Origin: Azolla caroliniana
Taxonomy: Eukaryota > Plantae > Polypodiophyta
Direction: 5' to 3'
Length of the DNA stretch: 64,000 nucleotides
NCBI GenBank assembly: GCA_043228905.1
Contig: JBHGNT010000017.1
Coordinates: 15,438,001 to 15,502,000, forward strand
Shown: positions 1 through 12,570 of the stretch, in pieces
Layout of the letters: every line of letters starts with the position of its first letter
Numbering within the stretch: position 1 is the first letter of the stretch
Translations under genes and position numbers: made by a program
The notes under the pieces: generated by a model
What the model saw: the letters and a program-made list of their open reading frames with translations, nothing else
What the model was told of the DNA's origin: nothing
Database searches by the model: none

Positions 1-3000
1 TCTCGAATTATTGTTAGTGGCACATTGTAGAAACCAATAATTTTGAAGGACAATTACAATGGAGGATTGCTAACACTAATGTTGCCTAGGAAATGACAAG
101 AAAGCTTAGGCTATTTTCTATCACATTAAACAAAAGAGGAAAGAGCCTTTAAGTGAAGAATTCACAAATTGATCCTCGCAAATTGATCCATGCCAACGCA
201 CTATATATAATTATTCATCCAACTTAACACCTAATATGGGAAAGAAATAATAGTTGAACCCCTTGATTTTGGATTGGATCAACTTGAATCGATCCCTAAA
301 CCCAAGAGAAAGGATTTGTCCCCAAGGTTGCTAATGGAGAAAATTTCCTAGAAAAGATTAATTGGCCTTTGTAATAAGAGATTGAACCCAATCATCTAGC
401 TTCTATTGAGGAACGAATGTATATTAGCATGAACTCCTCAAGTAGTCTTTCTTTATTAGACCTTGAAATATTGTAGCAAAACAATTCTCATTAGTAAGAA
501 TTCAAAATGTTTTGAGCCTCTCGAGAAAGTTAAAAATAAATATATGTAACGAGGTATAAGAAATTATTCTAAATTTAATTATTGAATAAATGAGGTACGA
601 AAGGATTTTTCCAAGGATCATCAAACTCATGAAAAGATGTTCCCAAGGCACACAAAAAATGTTAAGATTACCCAGGTGAAAACAATTGTACATAAATATA
701 TATAAGTGAAGCATATTGAGTGAAGTTGAAGCCACTGGCAATCATTTCACGAGGGACAAAATGCACTTTTTTAGCATTACAAGCAATCTCCATAACTAAA
801 GCCATGTTTTTTCAAGGATACACTTAGGAAAACGCAGGGTGTCATGTATGTTCAACGCATTTTTCTCTCAAAAGTCAAAGTGGGTTCCTATTGGAACTTT
901 GATTGAGTATATAGTATTAAAAATATTGTGCATTGAAATCATGGGATTTTGTTGGAACGGTATCCATGTTATGGCTAGAGACACCCGTATATTTGGCCTT
1001 TTTTTATGCTCATATCATTCTCTTATGAATTGTCGTTTTAATTTTCTAAGCTTAGTAAGCTTGAAATTCAAGTTCTCGCATGATTCATTGGTTCGTTTTC
1101 TAGAAATCTTGATGGCAAATGAAAATAATATAGACATTTCTTTTGAAAACATGTAAATGCGGTCAAGGACTAAAGAAGAAGTAGAATTGACAAATGATGA
1201 ATCACATCTATCTCTATCTATTGTAGAAGAAGAGTCAAATGACTATGTGCGTTGGTTTCCTATTAAAAATCGAATATTTACTTGCAATTTCATGAATTTA
1301 TTTATCTATCACATTACAAGAAAATAATTGAACTACATTTATGCCTCTGGATGAAACATATAACAATGCATATGTACTTTTAAACAATACAATAATACTT
1401 GAAACCTATAGTGTGAAAGCAACATTGTCACTATACCATTGCATATATAACATCTAGTGTAATCTTGTTCGATTCCATATTTTAGTTATATAAACATGAT
1501 AGTGTAGTGTCAAAGCTTGTCGGTTCAAGTCTTGATCAATTTTTTTGCATTAACATTATGGAGGACTCTTCCTCATTTGAGGTTCATATAATGCACACTA
1601 CGAAGCTATTCTTTACAACATTGACATTGGTACATATTTTCATAGTATGAAGAGAGAGAATGGTCACATTTCCTAAGAAGGCAACGATAACAAATAATCA
1701 GTGCATTTATTCATTATAAACATAATTTACAATATGTGAGCATCAAATATGCAACTGAGTGCTCATTTAGTTTGATTTTCAATGTCTCGAATTTACACAA
1801 CTCAGAAAACATTGGTGCACATTTTCAAGACACGTCAAGAAAGAGGATGTAGCATCTCACTATATACAATGAAAAGTCTTTTGATGAAGGCAAAATGAAA
1901 TTTGCTACTTACAAGTTATCACAAGCCTTAATGTTTAAATCTCTTTGTGGAAGAGACTAATATGATGTAATTACGAAGACAATTGTCAATTGTTGTTCCT
2001 TAAAAGAAACACATAAGTTGTATTATATTAAAGATATGTGGTTATCAAGAAACCGCCTCTTCATAACTTGTTCGAGAAAATGGCGAAACTTTGATTTTAA
2101 GTACCTCTGCATTATTTATAGATAGAAAGTCCTTCACACACACGTGTTTGAGATATCTACAAATATGATGTAGCAAATTACCCCACTTCCTAAATCTCCT
2201 TATATCACACACTAAACGAAAACAAATTTGTTTTAAGAATGACTCTAATTGAACTTATTAGCAATAATTGAAAGATCAAGACTTAATAAAAAAAGATGTG
2301 ATTACTAACTAATGCGTTAGCTTTTATTTTCATCATGTGGGGGGAGGACAAAAACAAATGCGAATTATGGATGGAAGAAAAAGTGCAATATGATTTATGT
2401 ATCTCTATATGTTATACCCCCCCATTTAGACGTGGGTGTTACACTTTGCATATGAAGATGAAACGACTAACAAATGTGGATGTATCATGATGCATCTACA
2501 TACACAATGTGGGCATGGATAAACTTGTTTATTCATTCTAAATATATAGGAAAAAAGTATGTGCACATAAATGTATGGACATGGCGGCTATACCTTGCAA
2601 AATAAGGTGAATTGAGCATGAGCACGTATGTCGTGCATGATGCATAGTATGTATGTATGCATATTATGTGGACAAAGAAAGGCTTGAACACGAGACAAGT
2701 GAGATACATGAAGGGCAAAGTGAACGGGGAAGTATGGACTTGTATGCGCTCAGAGAAAACAAATACATGAGCACAAACATATGTATCGAATAGATATTGC
2801 CTTGCAAGGTGAGGCAAAGACAAGTCACTTACTTGCTTCATTCGCGATAAAACCACCCATGCTCAGACTACTAGTCAATGGATGTTCGGCCTTAACACAT
2901 TCATCTTGCCATGCATGAACCTGCACACATGTCAAGTGGATCATATACATTTATATTATATTGATAATGTCAAGAGCCATTGGATGGTTTGTTTAGGGGA

Positions 3001-3282
3001 TGACATAGACACGTAACAAAGTATATGTACATGATGTATGCATTGGCATGATGAGGCTAAATCGGGTTGACCGCAACTCGCTCACGCACGTTCAAGTACA
3101 TATTATGAGGGGTCGATATTGATGCGCTCACTCAGCTGAAACAACAAGTTTGGGACGAAATGGGACGGGTAGACAATATTGATCGTTACGTTATGAGCCT
3201 TAGGGATCAGATGGGCCTTTCGAAGGATGACAAGAGACACAATAACAATAAGTGTATGAACACGCATGGATGCATGCATGTA

Positions 3283-3461
3283 CATATATATGCATGTAAG
3301 TATGTGTGTATGTGTGTATGTATGTGTGAATGTATGTATGTATGGATGGATGGATGGATGAATGGATGTATGTATGTATGTATGTATGTATGTATGTATG
3401 TATGTATGTATGGATGGATGGATGGATGGATGTGTGTATGTATGTATGTATGTATGTATGT

Positions 3462-3501
<40 letters not shown>

Positions 3502-3543
3502 ATGCATGTATGTGTATGTGATGTCATACACACAAAGTCTATG

Positions 3544-3589
<46 letters not shown>
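3283..3589. repeat. Compound microsatellite (TATG)n/(GGAT)n/(GT)n followed by (GA)n
   Basis: Directly visible simple repeats. They generate the spurious YVCM/HTYI ORFs. Confidence 0.95.
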
Positions 3590-3590
<1 letters not shown>

Positions 3591-3592
3591 CC

Positions 3593-3601
3593 TATATATA
3601 A
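3593..3601 (+). promoter_or_regulatory. TATA box upstream of the 3657 ORF
   Basis: CCTATATATAAG about 60 bp upstream of the ATG, followed by a CT-rich leader. Confidence 0.55.
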
Positions 3602-3656
3602 GTCTGCAAATCCCCTGTTTCTGATTCATGCTCATTCATCTCTATCTGTCTCTCAA

Positions 3657-3998
3657 ATGGCTCCTCCCCACCTCATTCTCTTCACATTCTTCTCCTTCTT
3701 CCTCCTCTCCTCCTTCTTCTTCTTCATTCCTGAGCCAGCCATAGGTCGCCCACATCCCACAGAGATGGAGAAGTCACAGCATTGGACCAAAATGATGAAC
3801 CATCTCCTCTCCATTTCTGCAGATCCTGAGTTCTTCAATGATGGCTTCCTCACCTTCGATTCATCCTCCTCCTCCTCCTCATCAGAAAATGCAGAGCTCA
3901 TGAGAGGGGAATTGGAAGAGGAAGCAGAAGACTCATTCCTGAGATGGAATCATCACAGTCTTCCATCCTTCATGGGAGACCCAGAATCCTTCACTTGA
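3657..3998 (+). CDS. Candidate small secreted peptide precursor (113 aa)
   Basis: Single-exon ORF with a hydrophobic N-terminus and a plausible signal cleavage site (AIG|RP), an acidic/Ser-rich middle and an upstream TATA box. No family recognised. Confidence 0.55.
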   Translation: MAPPHLILFTFFSFFLLSSFFFFIPEPAIGRPHPTEMEKSQHWTKMMNHLLSISADPEFFNDGFLTFDSSSSSSSSENAELMRGELEEEAEDSFLRWNHHSLPSFMGDPESFT

Positions 3999-4074
3999 AA
4001 AAGACAATAGATTTTTTCCTTCAATTTCTTCTATCCAATCACTCACTCTGTTTTTTTTCTTTCATTGATAGTAA

Positions 4075-4300
4075 CACACATACATATGTATAATCATATA
4101 CATCCATACATGTGTACAGTCATATACATCCATCCATATGTATAATCATATACATCCATACATGTGTATAATCATATACATGCATACATATGTATATATA
4201 TACACATATCATATTCATATACACATACACATAACATATATGTACATACACATATACATACATTCACATTCACATTCACATGCATGCACATACACATATG
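4075..4300. repeat. (CATA)/(CA)-rich low-complexity tract
   Basis: Visible simple repeats. Confidence 0.85.
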
Positions 4301-7300
4301 TGTCAATCCTATCCGATCCCTCATGTTTCTCTTCTCGTATTGATCTACACTTGTCCCTGCCCACCCCCCCCGATATCCCGTCAATACCACCTTCTGTAAA
4401 TCACGACGTTTTTGAGTGTTTTGACAGAGGCCCGACGCAATTCTCCGCTAGTCTAGTGGGAAATTATGGTGCAACTGAGTGTCAACAAGTATTGTTGGCG
4501 ATCAAGGTCTTAGTCACGGGTTGCGTTATATAAGCCTTAGGATTGCCATCAAGATCCATAGCTCCCCGTCCATGAACTCGGTGAAGAATAAATTCGTGGA
4601 TAATGGAGGAGTGCGAGGTTTTCGCCTTTGCAATCTAAAAGGTGTTTTGCTCAATGTCCATGCCATGTAAACAAGACTTCAAGCTAATAAGCATGTAATA
4701 AACATTGGTATTACATATACGCACTTCAGAGATAATTTGTATGGATTCGATAAAACTTTTCATTGAAAGTTAGAACTAGAATGGATCTCCTTGCTTCAGT
4801 TGTTTATGTAACCATGTGAACATAAAATCTCATTGGTTGTGATTACTTTCTAAAGCTCTTTATAAGCTATATAAGTCGACATTTGCACCAATATTGCTTT
4901 AAAATGTTAAGTTTCTTGTGACATTTCGAAGGGGAGAAATTACACTTCGTAAATTGCATAATCTAACCCATCAATTGTGTGCCAAACGAGGTAGTTCAAT
5001 TTCATATTATCCTTTAAGGATAGTTATTTAATCATTCATTAAGAGGTTCCATCATTTATAAAATAGAGTCTCCATACACATCCATAGCACTGATTTCGGT
5101 GACTACATGGACCTTATGGAGATGTGGAATGATTGACATGATTTCTATTTGAATATGTAGGCTATACGTTGTTATGTTGTCTTATCTTAGTGACGAAGAA
5201 TATGAAGGTTGCACATTTAGTGTAATTAGGGAATGTATCCCTATGATTTGACTAGCAGTTAATGAGTCCCAAATCACATGACTACAAAACAAAGGGTAAC
5301 AAAAATAGACGATGCAATTTCCATCATTGTTTACAGTATATTTCGTTGTTTTGAAACGAAATTTGTAGTGACAAAGGGCCATAACTATAAACTCACATTA
5401 TAAATGTTAAATTGGAATGTCTTTCTAAAATACGTTGCACATGTGAGGTTTACAGAAAATAAACTTTACCAACAAGCTAGTTTTTTCAGGGACCTAGCAA
5501 GTTTTGTCATGTATCATGTAGGTTGCCTTTTCCTATCCTTATGTTGTTGATTGTGCCCTATCGATGACATTGATGTTGTCTATGTCGCACTCTTCGTGCT
5601 CGTCTTTTGTTTTTCCAAGTAGTTCCTTCCGTGTTCTCTCACGCCACTTTTTCACATAGGTTTGTTTTCATGGATTTAAGTCTTACCAATTAAGCCATTG
5701 GATTTGATTCATATCAATTAAGCCATAATCTTAGGCAAATTCTTGTATGTAATTCATGAAGGGATGGGTCTTATAAGTGTTGACACACGTACTAGGAATG
5801 CAAATAGTTACAAGACATCATGTGCTAAGAACAATGTGAAAGTTGACATAAATAATGTAAGAGAGTTTACATGTGGATGAACCAATATAAAAAACTTCAG
5901 AAGTCCTCACAAATTCAATCAAAGATAAGTTATAGCTATGATGGCCATACTAAATTACAAAATCTACGAAGATGCATGTAAACATGATTATAGTGGGAAT
6001 GCATAAGTTTCTCAAACTTAATTTGTGTGGTCAAATGTATCTGATGTTTCGAGACAATTCCTTATAAAATATGCCCATTTTGAAGTCTTCATATTTTATT
6101 TTGAGACAATTCATCGTAAACTACCTCCAGATATTTGTTTGGTTTGAGATCGTGCAAACATGAACCATTTGCTCCTAGAAAAAAGAATTTATGATCCAAC
6201 TTTATGAAATCCAAGGAGCGTCGCCTTTTACATCAAAGACAAGTCATAAAGAACTCCGTGGCTTTTCAATCTCCATTTCTACGAGTCAAGGTTGAAAATG
6301 AAAGCATTGTCTTTCTACAACAAGATAAAAAAGAGGACAAAAACAAATCCATAAATGATTGGAATCATACATGCAAACTAGAAATTCTTCTTTTCAATTT
6401 GAAAAAGAAAAAGAAAAATTAGGGATTCCCGTTTTCCATGAAGAAAAATAGCAACGCCCAAAATAACTACACCCACTAGTGTGATTGTACTTTGGAGTGG
6501 CCCAAAACTAATAAGATAACAATCAATAGTTCATAATACATATAGATGAGATACCAATTTATTTAGTGCCAAAATGGAAAAGATTGGTAGGGTGAAGTAT
6601 TTGCGTCTTATAGCACTTGGTTTTTGAAGTACTATTAGAGACAAAACACGCTACCTTAATGCTCAATGCCATTGATGGAGGATATATAACCAAATAGATG
6701 ATTGTCCTAGGTTGGCGAAAGGTAATTATCTGATTAGGATAGCTTCTACCCACTCCAATGATGGTAGATACAATGATCTAAATAAAGATGTTGCTTGATT
6801 GGTTGGTGCTTTGTAATGTGCCAAGGTGTTCCATGCATAAGTTTAGAGCACAACCTACCATCATTCAATCCCTAGAGTAGATGAGAACATCTTGTAAATA
6901 GAATATTTCACACTCAAAACCTAATAACCCTCTTGACTAATTTATATATTGTTTCATCGTTACATGTCTGCCATTTGTGAAATATCTTTATTTTGGTTAG
7001 ATCATGACAAAGTGTCTTTTTTTTGCAGCAAGAATAAAAATGATATGAAACCACTATAAACACTTCCATTCCTGCATACTTTTTACAATGAAGTTCATCA
7101 AACTCTCAATACTCAAAAACTCAACTCCAAGTCTCCAACCTCCATATACCACTCGGCTAAGCCACAAACATAAGCAAATGAATCCATTTTAATATAAAAT
7201 AATTGCAAACTAGCAATATTTTAACTCGTTTGAATGTACGAGTCCATCCTTCACCTCACCCTTTATGACCTTTGTTCATGCATGATCCCAATTTCTTTAA

Positions 7301-8499
7301 TTAGTGATCATTAGGGTTGCTTTGTTGACCCTGTGCTTTAGTAGCACTATATACTACTTTGTTTCAATAACCTCATGCCCAACTTCATTTTGTTTTTGAG
7401 TTTATTGACAAGTAAAAGACAATGCATCATATCATGCCTTACATGTAATGTATAATTCGTTTGTATTTTCCCTTGTTGTTTTCATTGGTTTTGAGTTTCT
7501 TTACGTGCACGCTTTCTCTTGTGCTAATGGTCCTTGCCCTTATCCACACATACCAACACTCACATGTAATCACATGTGGTCACATACTTGTTGTACCAAT
7601 CCATGTTATAAATCGTGAGAAACCTCAAAGTGCAATGAAAACCCATAATAACATGTCAAACTAGATGTATTAAAAGAATTAAGGCATAAATGTGTGCCAC
7701 TATATCATGCGAAGCATAACAAACTTAAAAGAATCAAGGGAGGGGTGAAATGAATAACCAATATGCACAGGAAGAATATTGCCCAAAATTGACCAATTGA
7801 AAATTCAAATGCATGAATTATTTTCATGCTTTGAACAAAAGTTCTAATTCTATAAGAAGAACACAAAATGATAAAAATTGACGGAGATTGTTGACAGGTT
7901 TTTTGACTGATATATTAATGGGAAATAGTATATTCAAGGCTTCATGTTTGTTCGCATGCTTGACATCTTGTTACGCAAATAGGCAACCACAATGACATGT
8001 TACTTTGTGACTACTATAATCAGTTAATTAAGAAATATTTTTTGGAACACGACATCCTTGTTTGCAAGTTTGCAACATCACATAATTAAGAAAAGTTTCT
8101 ACAAAATATAGAAATTCCAGCCAAAGCGGTTGAGAATTAACAAACATAAGGCAAAGATGAATAGAATACCAAATTAAGTTTTCATCTCTCAACTTCTAAT
8201 AATAAGCAACATAACAAGTTACTTTTGGATAGTTTTCATAACAAGCAACATATGGATAATTGTGAATGTATTATGTCAATGTGGAGAATTTAGGTATAGT
8301 TCTTAATTTAAATAAACATATTATTCTAATATATTACTAAAAAGGGCAACGATTTACGAAGTTTGGTAAGAAAATGGTTGATTTTGATAAGAGCAAGATG
8401 CATCTTTACACTAACATCAACAACTTGACAATACAGAAAGACGTCTTTAAACAACACTTAAAGTCTGATTTTCGTCACACAAAGGTGGACAATTTAAGA

Positions 8500-11420
8500 T
8501 CCCAACAATGTTCAATACTATGTAGGCGAGTATCCATTATTTAGCCAATCGTAGACAATTCCCATCTGTGAAAGGCCCCAACTTTCCTCACGTCTATAAC
8601 AAACTACACAATATAATTTCATGTAGCATAATAGATCACATATGGTTTATGTGTTGCACAACGAAGCTAAAAATAATTAGTGTAAATAACCGAGCTAAAT
8701 CAAGGATGATCAACCTTTATTACAAGAGGTGGTTTGGTTTACATATGACTAGTATTGGGCAAAGTCCTTGGCACAATGTAATTGTGCCATTTGGTTTTGG
8801 ACTTTGTCTAGTCAATGTATGAAAGGTCAAAATCCATCTTGTCCAAAATTTTAAAAACTTCGGAATTTGGCCAATAGGTATATCTTCACAATTGGCTTTT
8901 ATGTAAGTAATTTAAAAATATTTCCCATTTCTTCCTCTTTTCCCTTTATTGCATAGTTATGAATCATCGCTCTACAAACTCAAAACTTTTTTCCTCTTCT
9001 TCCCTCCTCCCTCTTCTCCCCTAAGTTAGGCCTCTTCTCCCTCTTCTCCTTCTATTATAGATCTACCACATCTCTATTTTTCATGATGTTGTTGCTGATG
9101 ATGACAACAGGAACAAGAATGTTATTGGAAACTAAAGCAACCTTCTTGCACAAATATGGCACAATTATTGAAAGAAAACGAATTCTAGGTAGGCTATTAG
9201 ATCTTTTGTGCCTCCTCTCTAGACGATGAGGCATCCACAATAAATGAACTTAGGAATTTCCCTATGTGTAGCAATTCACCTTTGTATTCACTCTCCTTGA
9301 ATGTACAAAGTGTTTGCACAACTTGTCCCTTCTTAAGTAGTCGATACAAGAGCTTGATAATGTGAACACAATGCGGGATCCAACTGTGATAAGAGCACAC
9401 AAGCCCCTAGAACACGCCTCAACTTAGGTTGTGACTCACACTCCTCTTTCATCTCATAGACAACATTCACTTTTTCTAGGGAGGGCTTCTGATTATAGGG
9501 ACCACAAAATTCCCAACCATCATGTCTTTGGTTGCTTGAAAGTCGATTTTCACCAGAAAATGTGAGATATGCATTCTCTAACCTTCGTAACACCTTATCA
9601 CAATTAAAAAAAGTTACCAATCACAAAACATCTACATCTATCTTTCCCCTATTGTATTCTCAAAGGCCACTATTGAGTCTTGAGGGATCACCTTCCTCAT
9701 GGCGGACTAGATGAGGGATTGTGGGACGTCACTCTAATGGCAAAGACCATGTCATACATCAACACATAAAAGCACTTAGATCTTCATTCCATTAAACTAT
9801 AGAAGCCTCAAAGGATCCTAAAGTTAATTTAAATTAACACACACCTAATCACTATACTAATTAAGAAATATTTTAGTTTTAACTTTTAATTAACTAACAA
9901 GTTGGATACCCTAAAGGGTCCATTTCATATTACACGTCCATTGGCCTGTAGCCATTGCTACTCAATAAAGGCTAGTTCCCCAAAAATTGCAATATGCCCA
10001 TAGAATTGGCTTAGGAACAATTTTAGATAGTAAATATTCAAATTTATAGTTTTGTTAAAACTAAAGAATATGACATTATTTTCCTTAACACCCCCCAACC
10101 TTCACGCAAGTATACCTCCCTTATAGATTACTATACACACACACACACGTGTTAACACACCAATAACTAAATAAAACCATTAAAATAAGTAAATGCATGT
10201 GCATAAATAGATGTTCATCCACTTCTAAATAATAAATCATTACTCATCATAGTAATCATCGTCATAATAGATAACTAACTACATACTTCACCTAAAAATA
10301 TCACATATATAAAGTGAAATGTTTATCTCATAAAAAGAAAAGATAAAAAAGCTAACATGGACAAGGCCTTGACTACAAATATTCCCTACATTATTTGGTC
10401 CACACACATTGACAATAACATGCGCAACATGTCAATGATGACGATGATGCTAATCTCCTACAATCACAAATGTGTCGTCTCATACTCCCACTAACATCCC
10501 CCTTCTCCCCCTTCTCCCCCTACAAACACTAACCCACTAACCCACTATCCCACACATTCCTTTTCCTCCCCTCCACATCCCTCCCTCACAATGCCCTTCA
10601 CCAAACTTCAGACCTCTCACACAATATTGTATCCTCACTGGACTGCTTTTGTATAATGCCTCTTGATGAAAAGCCCCCTCACTCAACTTTGGCTCCACCC
10701 ATTGCCCATTACCACCACTCACCACCAACACTTCCTTGTCCTCAACCTTGATTCAACTCCACACGTGTATGATGAGAAGGAGACCACGTGCGAATTAAAA
10801 TCCATAACAACTTCATCATTATTTCACCACCTCGCTTGAACCACTAGTAGTATGAGCAATTTCTCTTCTATGAACTAGGTAAAGCCCATGTCTAATTGTG
10901 TCATTCCCAGCTTGTGACACACACACCAGCCATATCCATCCCACCAACGTCCTTCCCTCTTATCACAATTTGGTTTGGCCCAACAGTCTCAATGCTTGAT
11001 AGAATGACGCCATACTTTTGTTTAATTTGGAAACCTTACCAATACCTCACATTCATCAATAGTATGGGTGCCATCAACTCTTTGCTCACATGGTTCACTG
11101 GTGACCTCTTGATTCCTTTTTCCCATGATCACGTTTCAGAAATATTGTTGCCCCCTCTCACCTTCCTCTACTTTATCACTATTATGGAATTGGGGCATAA
11201 TGTAATGGAAACACATAATTATGTTAGACGTTAAATGTGTTCTCTTTGTGTATCACCAAATCTCATGTTTAGCATCATAGGTTTTGTTGGGTCCTCATCA
11301 ACCTCATCTCCCAAAAGCTTTCCTTACCCAAATTAAAGCTTCCCAAACCCGTTGGAGGTACAATTGTTGTCGTGAAGTTACGCGCGTGTATGTAAAATAT
11401 GAGGTGGACCATCGGGGAAT
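8500..11420 (-). mobile_element. Heavily degenerate Ty3/gypsy internal region with LTR 3' end at 11368
   Basis: Minus-strand peptides VLRRLENAYLTFSGE...KPSLEKV...LRRVLGAC and YHSWIPH...LYRLLKKG (9200-9620) resemble the gypsy RT/connection region. The reverse complement of 11368-11418 (ccccgatggtcc...gcgcgtaacttcacgaca) resembles the LTR end at 25420-25467. Outer limits are approximate. Confidence 0.55.
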
Positions 11421-12202
11421 TGAACAAAAGTAGATGGGTTGGGTGGTCGATTTGATGACTTCTTAGCCCTCAAAATTGTCAGTCATAGTGGCTCTCCTTC
11501 GGATGTAATGGATAGGCTTTGTCAATGTGTTTGTGGGAGTGTGATCCTATGTGCAAATGCAACTATACGAGTACATGTACATATGTGTGAATTTAAGTAT
11601 GTCTTAGCATAAATATATGCATGTACATGTTTCTACATATGTTTATATGTATGTCAATGTGTAAGGGGCATGTATTTGTAAATGTAGTGCATGAATATGT
11701 TTGAATGTGTGTATGTGTATGTATATATGGACGTCTATGTATTTATGTATACTTATATAGATGTATATCAATAGGCGGAAGTGTATATATGCATATCATA
11801 TGCATGTGTTGTCATGATGTGGTGGGTCCAAAGGTAGAGATAGGGAAAATAGGAAAGGGGACAACCACATAAATGTGAATATGTAAATATAAAAACAATT
11901 ATTTTTGCGTTGAAGATCGAATACCAGTTGTGGAAGGAAGCATAAAGTGGCCAAGGACACTACGTCAACAAAGGGTGATGTTGTCAGCGATTGTAGGTGA
12001 GGACAACACCATTAAGCTTGGATTCTCACTCAAAGCTTGACTAGTCTCATTTGAAACTTCTTGTAAAACCCTAATTGGTCATTTGTAAATTAAGGACCTA
12101 TTTGATGAACCCAAACATATAAAGGATTTTTCTCGTGCAATCATGTGATTTTTGGGTTTTAATCAAGTGTTTATTGTGTTGATTGGGTATAGTTAACCTT
12201 AA

Positions 12203-12238
12203 AACACGTTCGCGTTCACAAGTGGAAGGATCGCGCAT
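12203..12238 (+). repeat. Left terminal inverted repeat (36 bp)
   Basis: Inverted match to 20268-20303. All three mismatches are at CpG sites. Confidence 0.9.
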
Positions 12239-12570
12239 AAATGGAAGGATAAGGGAAATTTTGGTTGATTTTAGGGCTTTTTCAATGATTTTACAAAACA
12301 CATTGATACCAGTATCATACATGTTCAAACATACTATGAAAAAGGTTAAAAATCCACTATTTTTGTGATTTAGAAGTAACTAAAAAAAGACGAATTTCAA
12401 AAAGATACATTCTCAATTTATATCACAAACTTTACAACCAATGTTATTTTATAAGAAACGATTTTTTAGAAATCATAAGAATTCAAAACACATGCTTTTA
12501 TATTACTCGATTTGTTACAAGTGGAATGTAGTTACACTTAATAGCCAAATATACATTCATGATCACTCCT

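Noticed and set aside
1-3000. Possible decayed transposase or retroelement coding sequence
   Set aside because: Only short, broken frames with no motif I can assign.
3103-3635. Several overlapping ORFs rich in YVCM/HTYI
   Set aside because: They are translations of microsatellites.
4400-8400. Possible retroelement debris
   Set aside because: Too degenerate to support a family call or boundaries.
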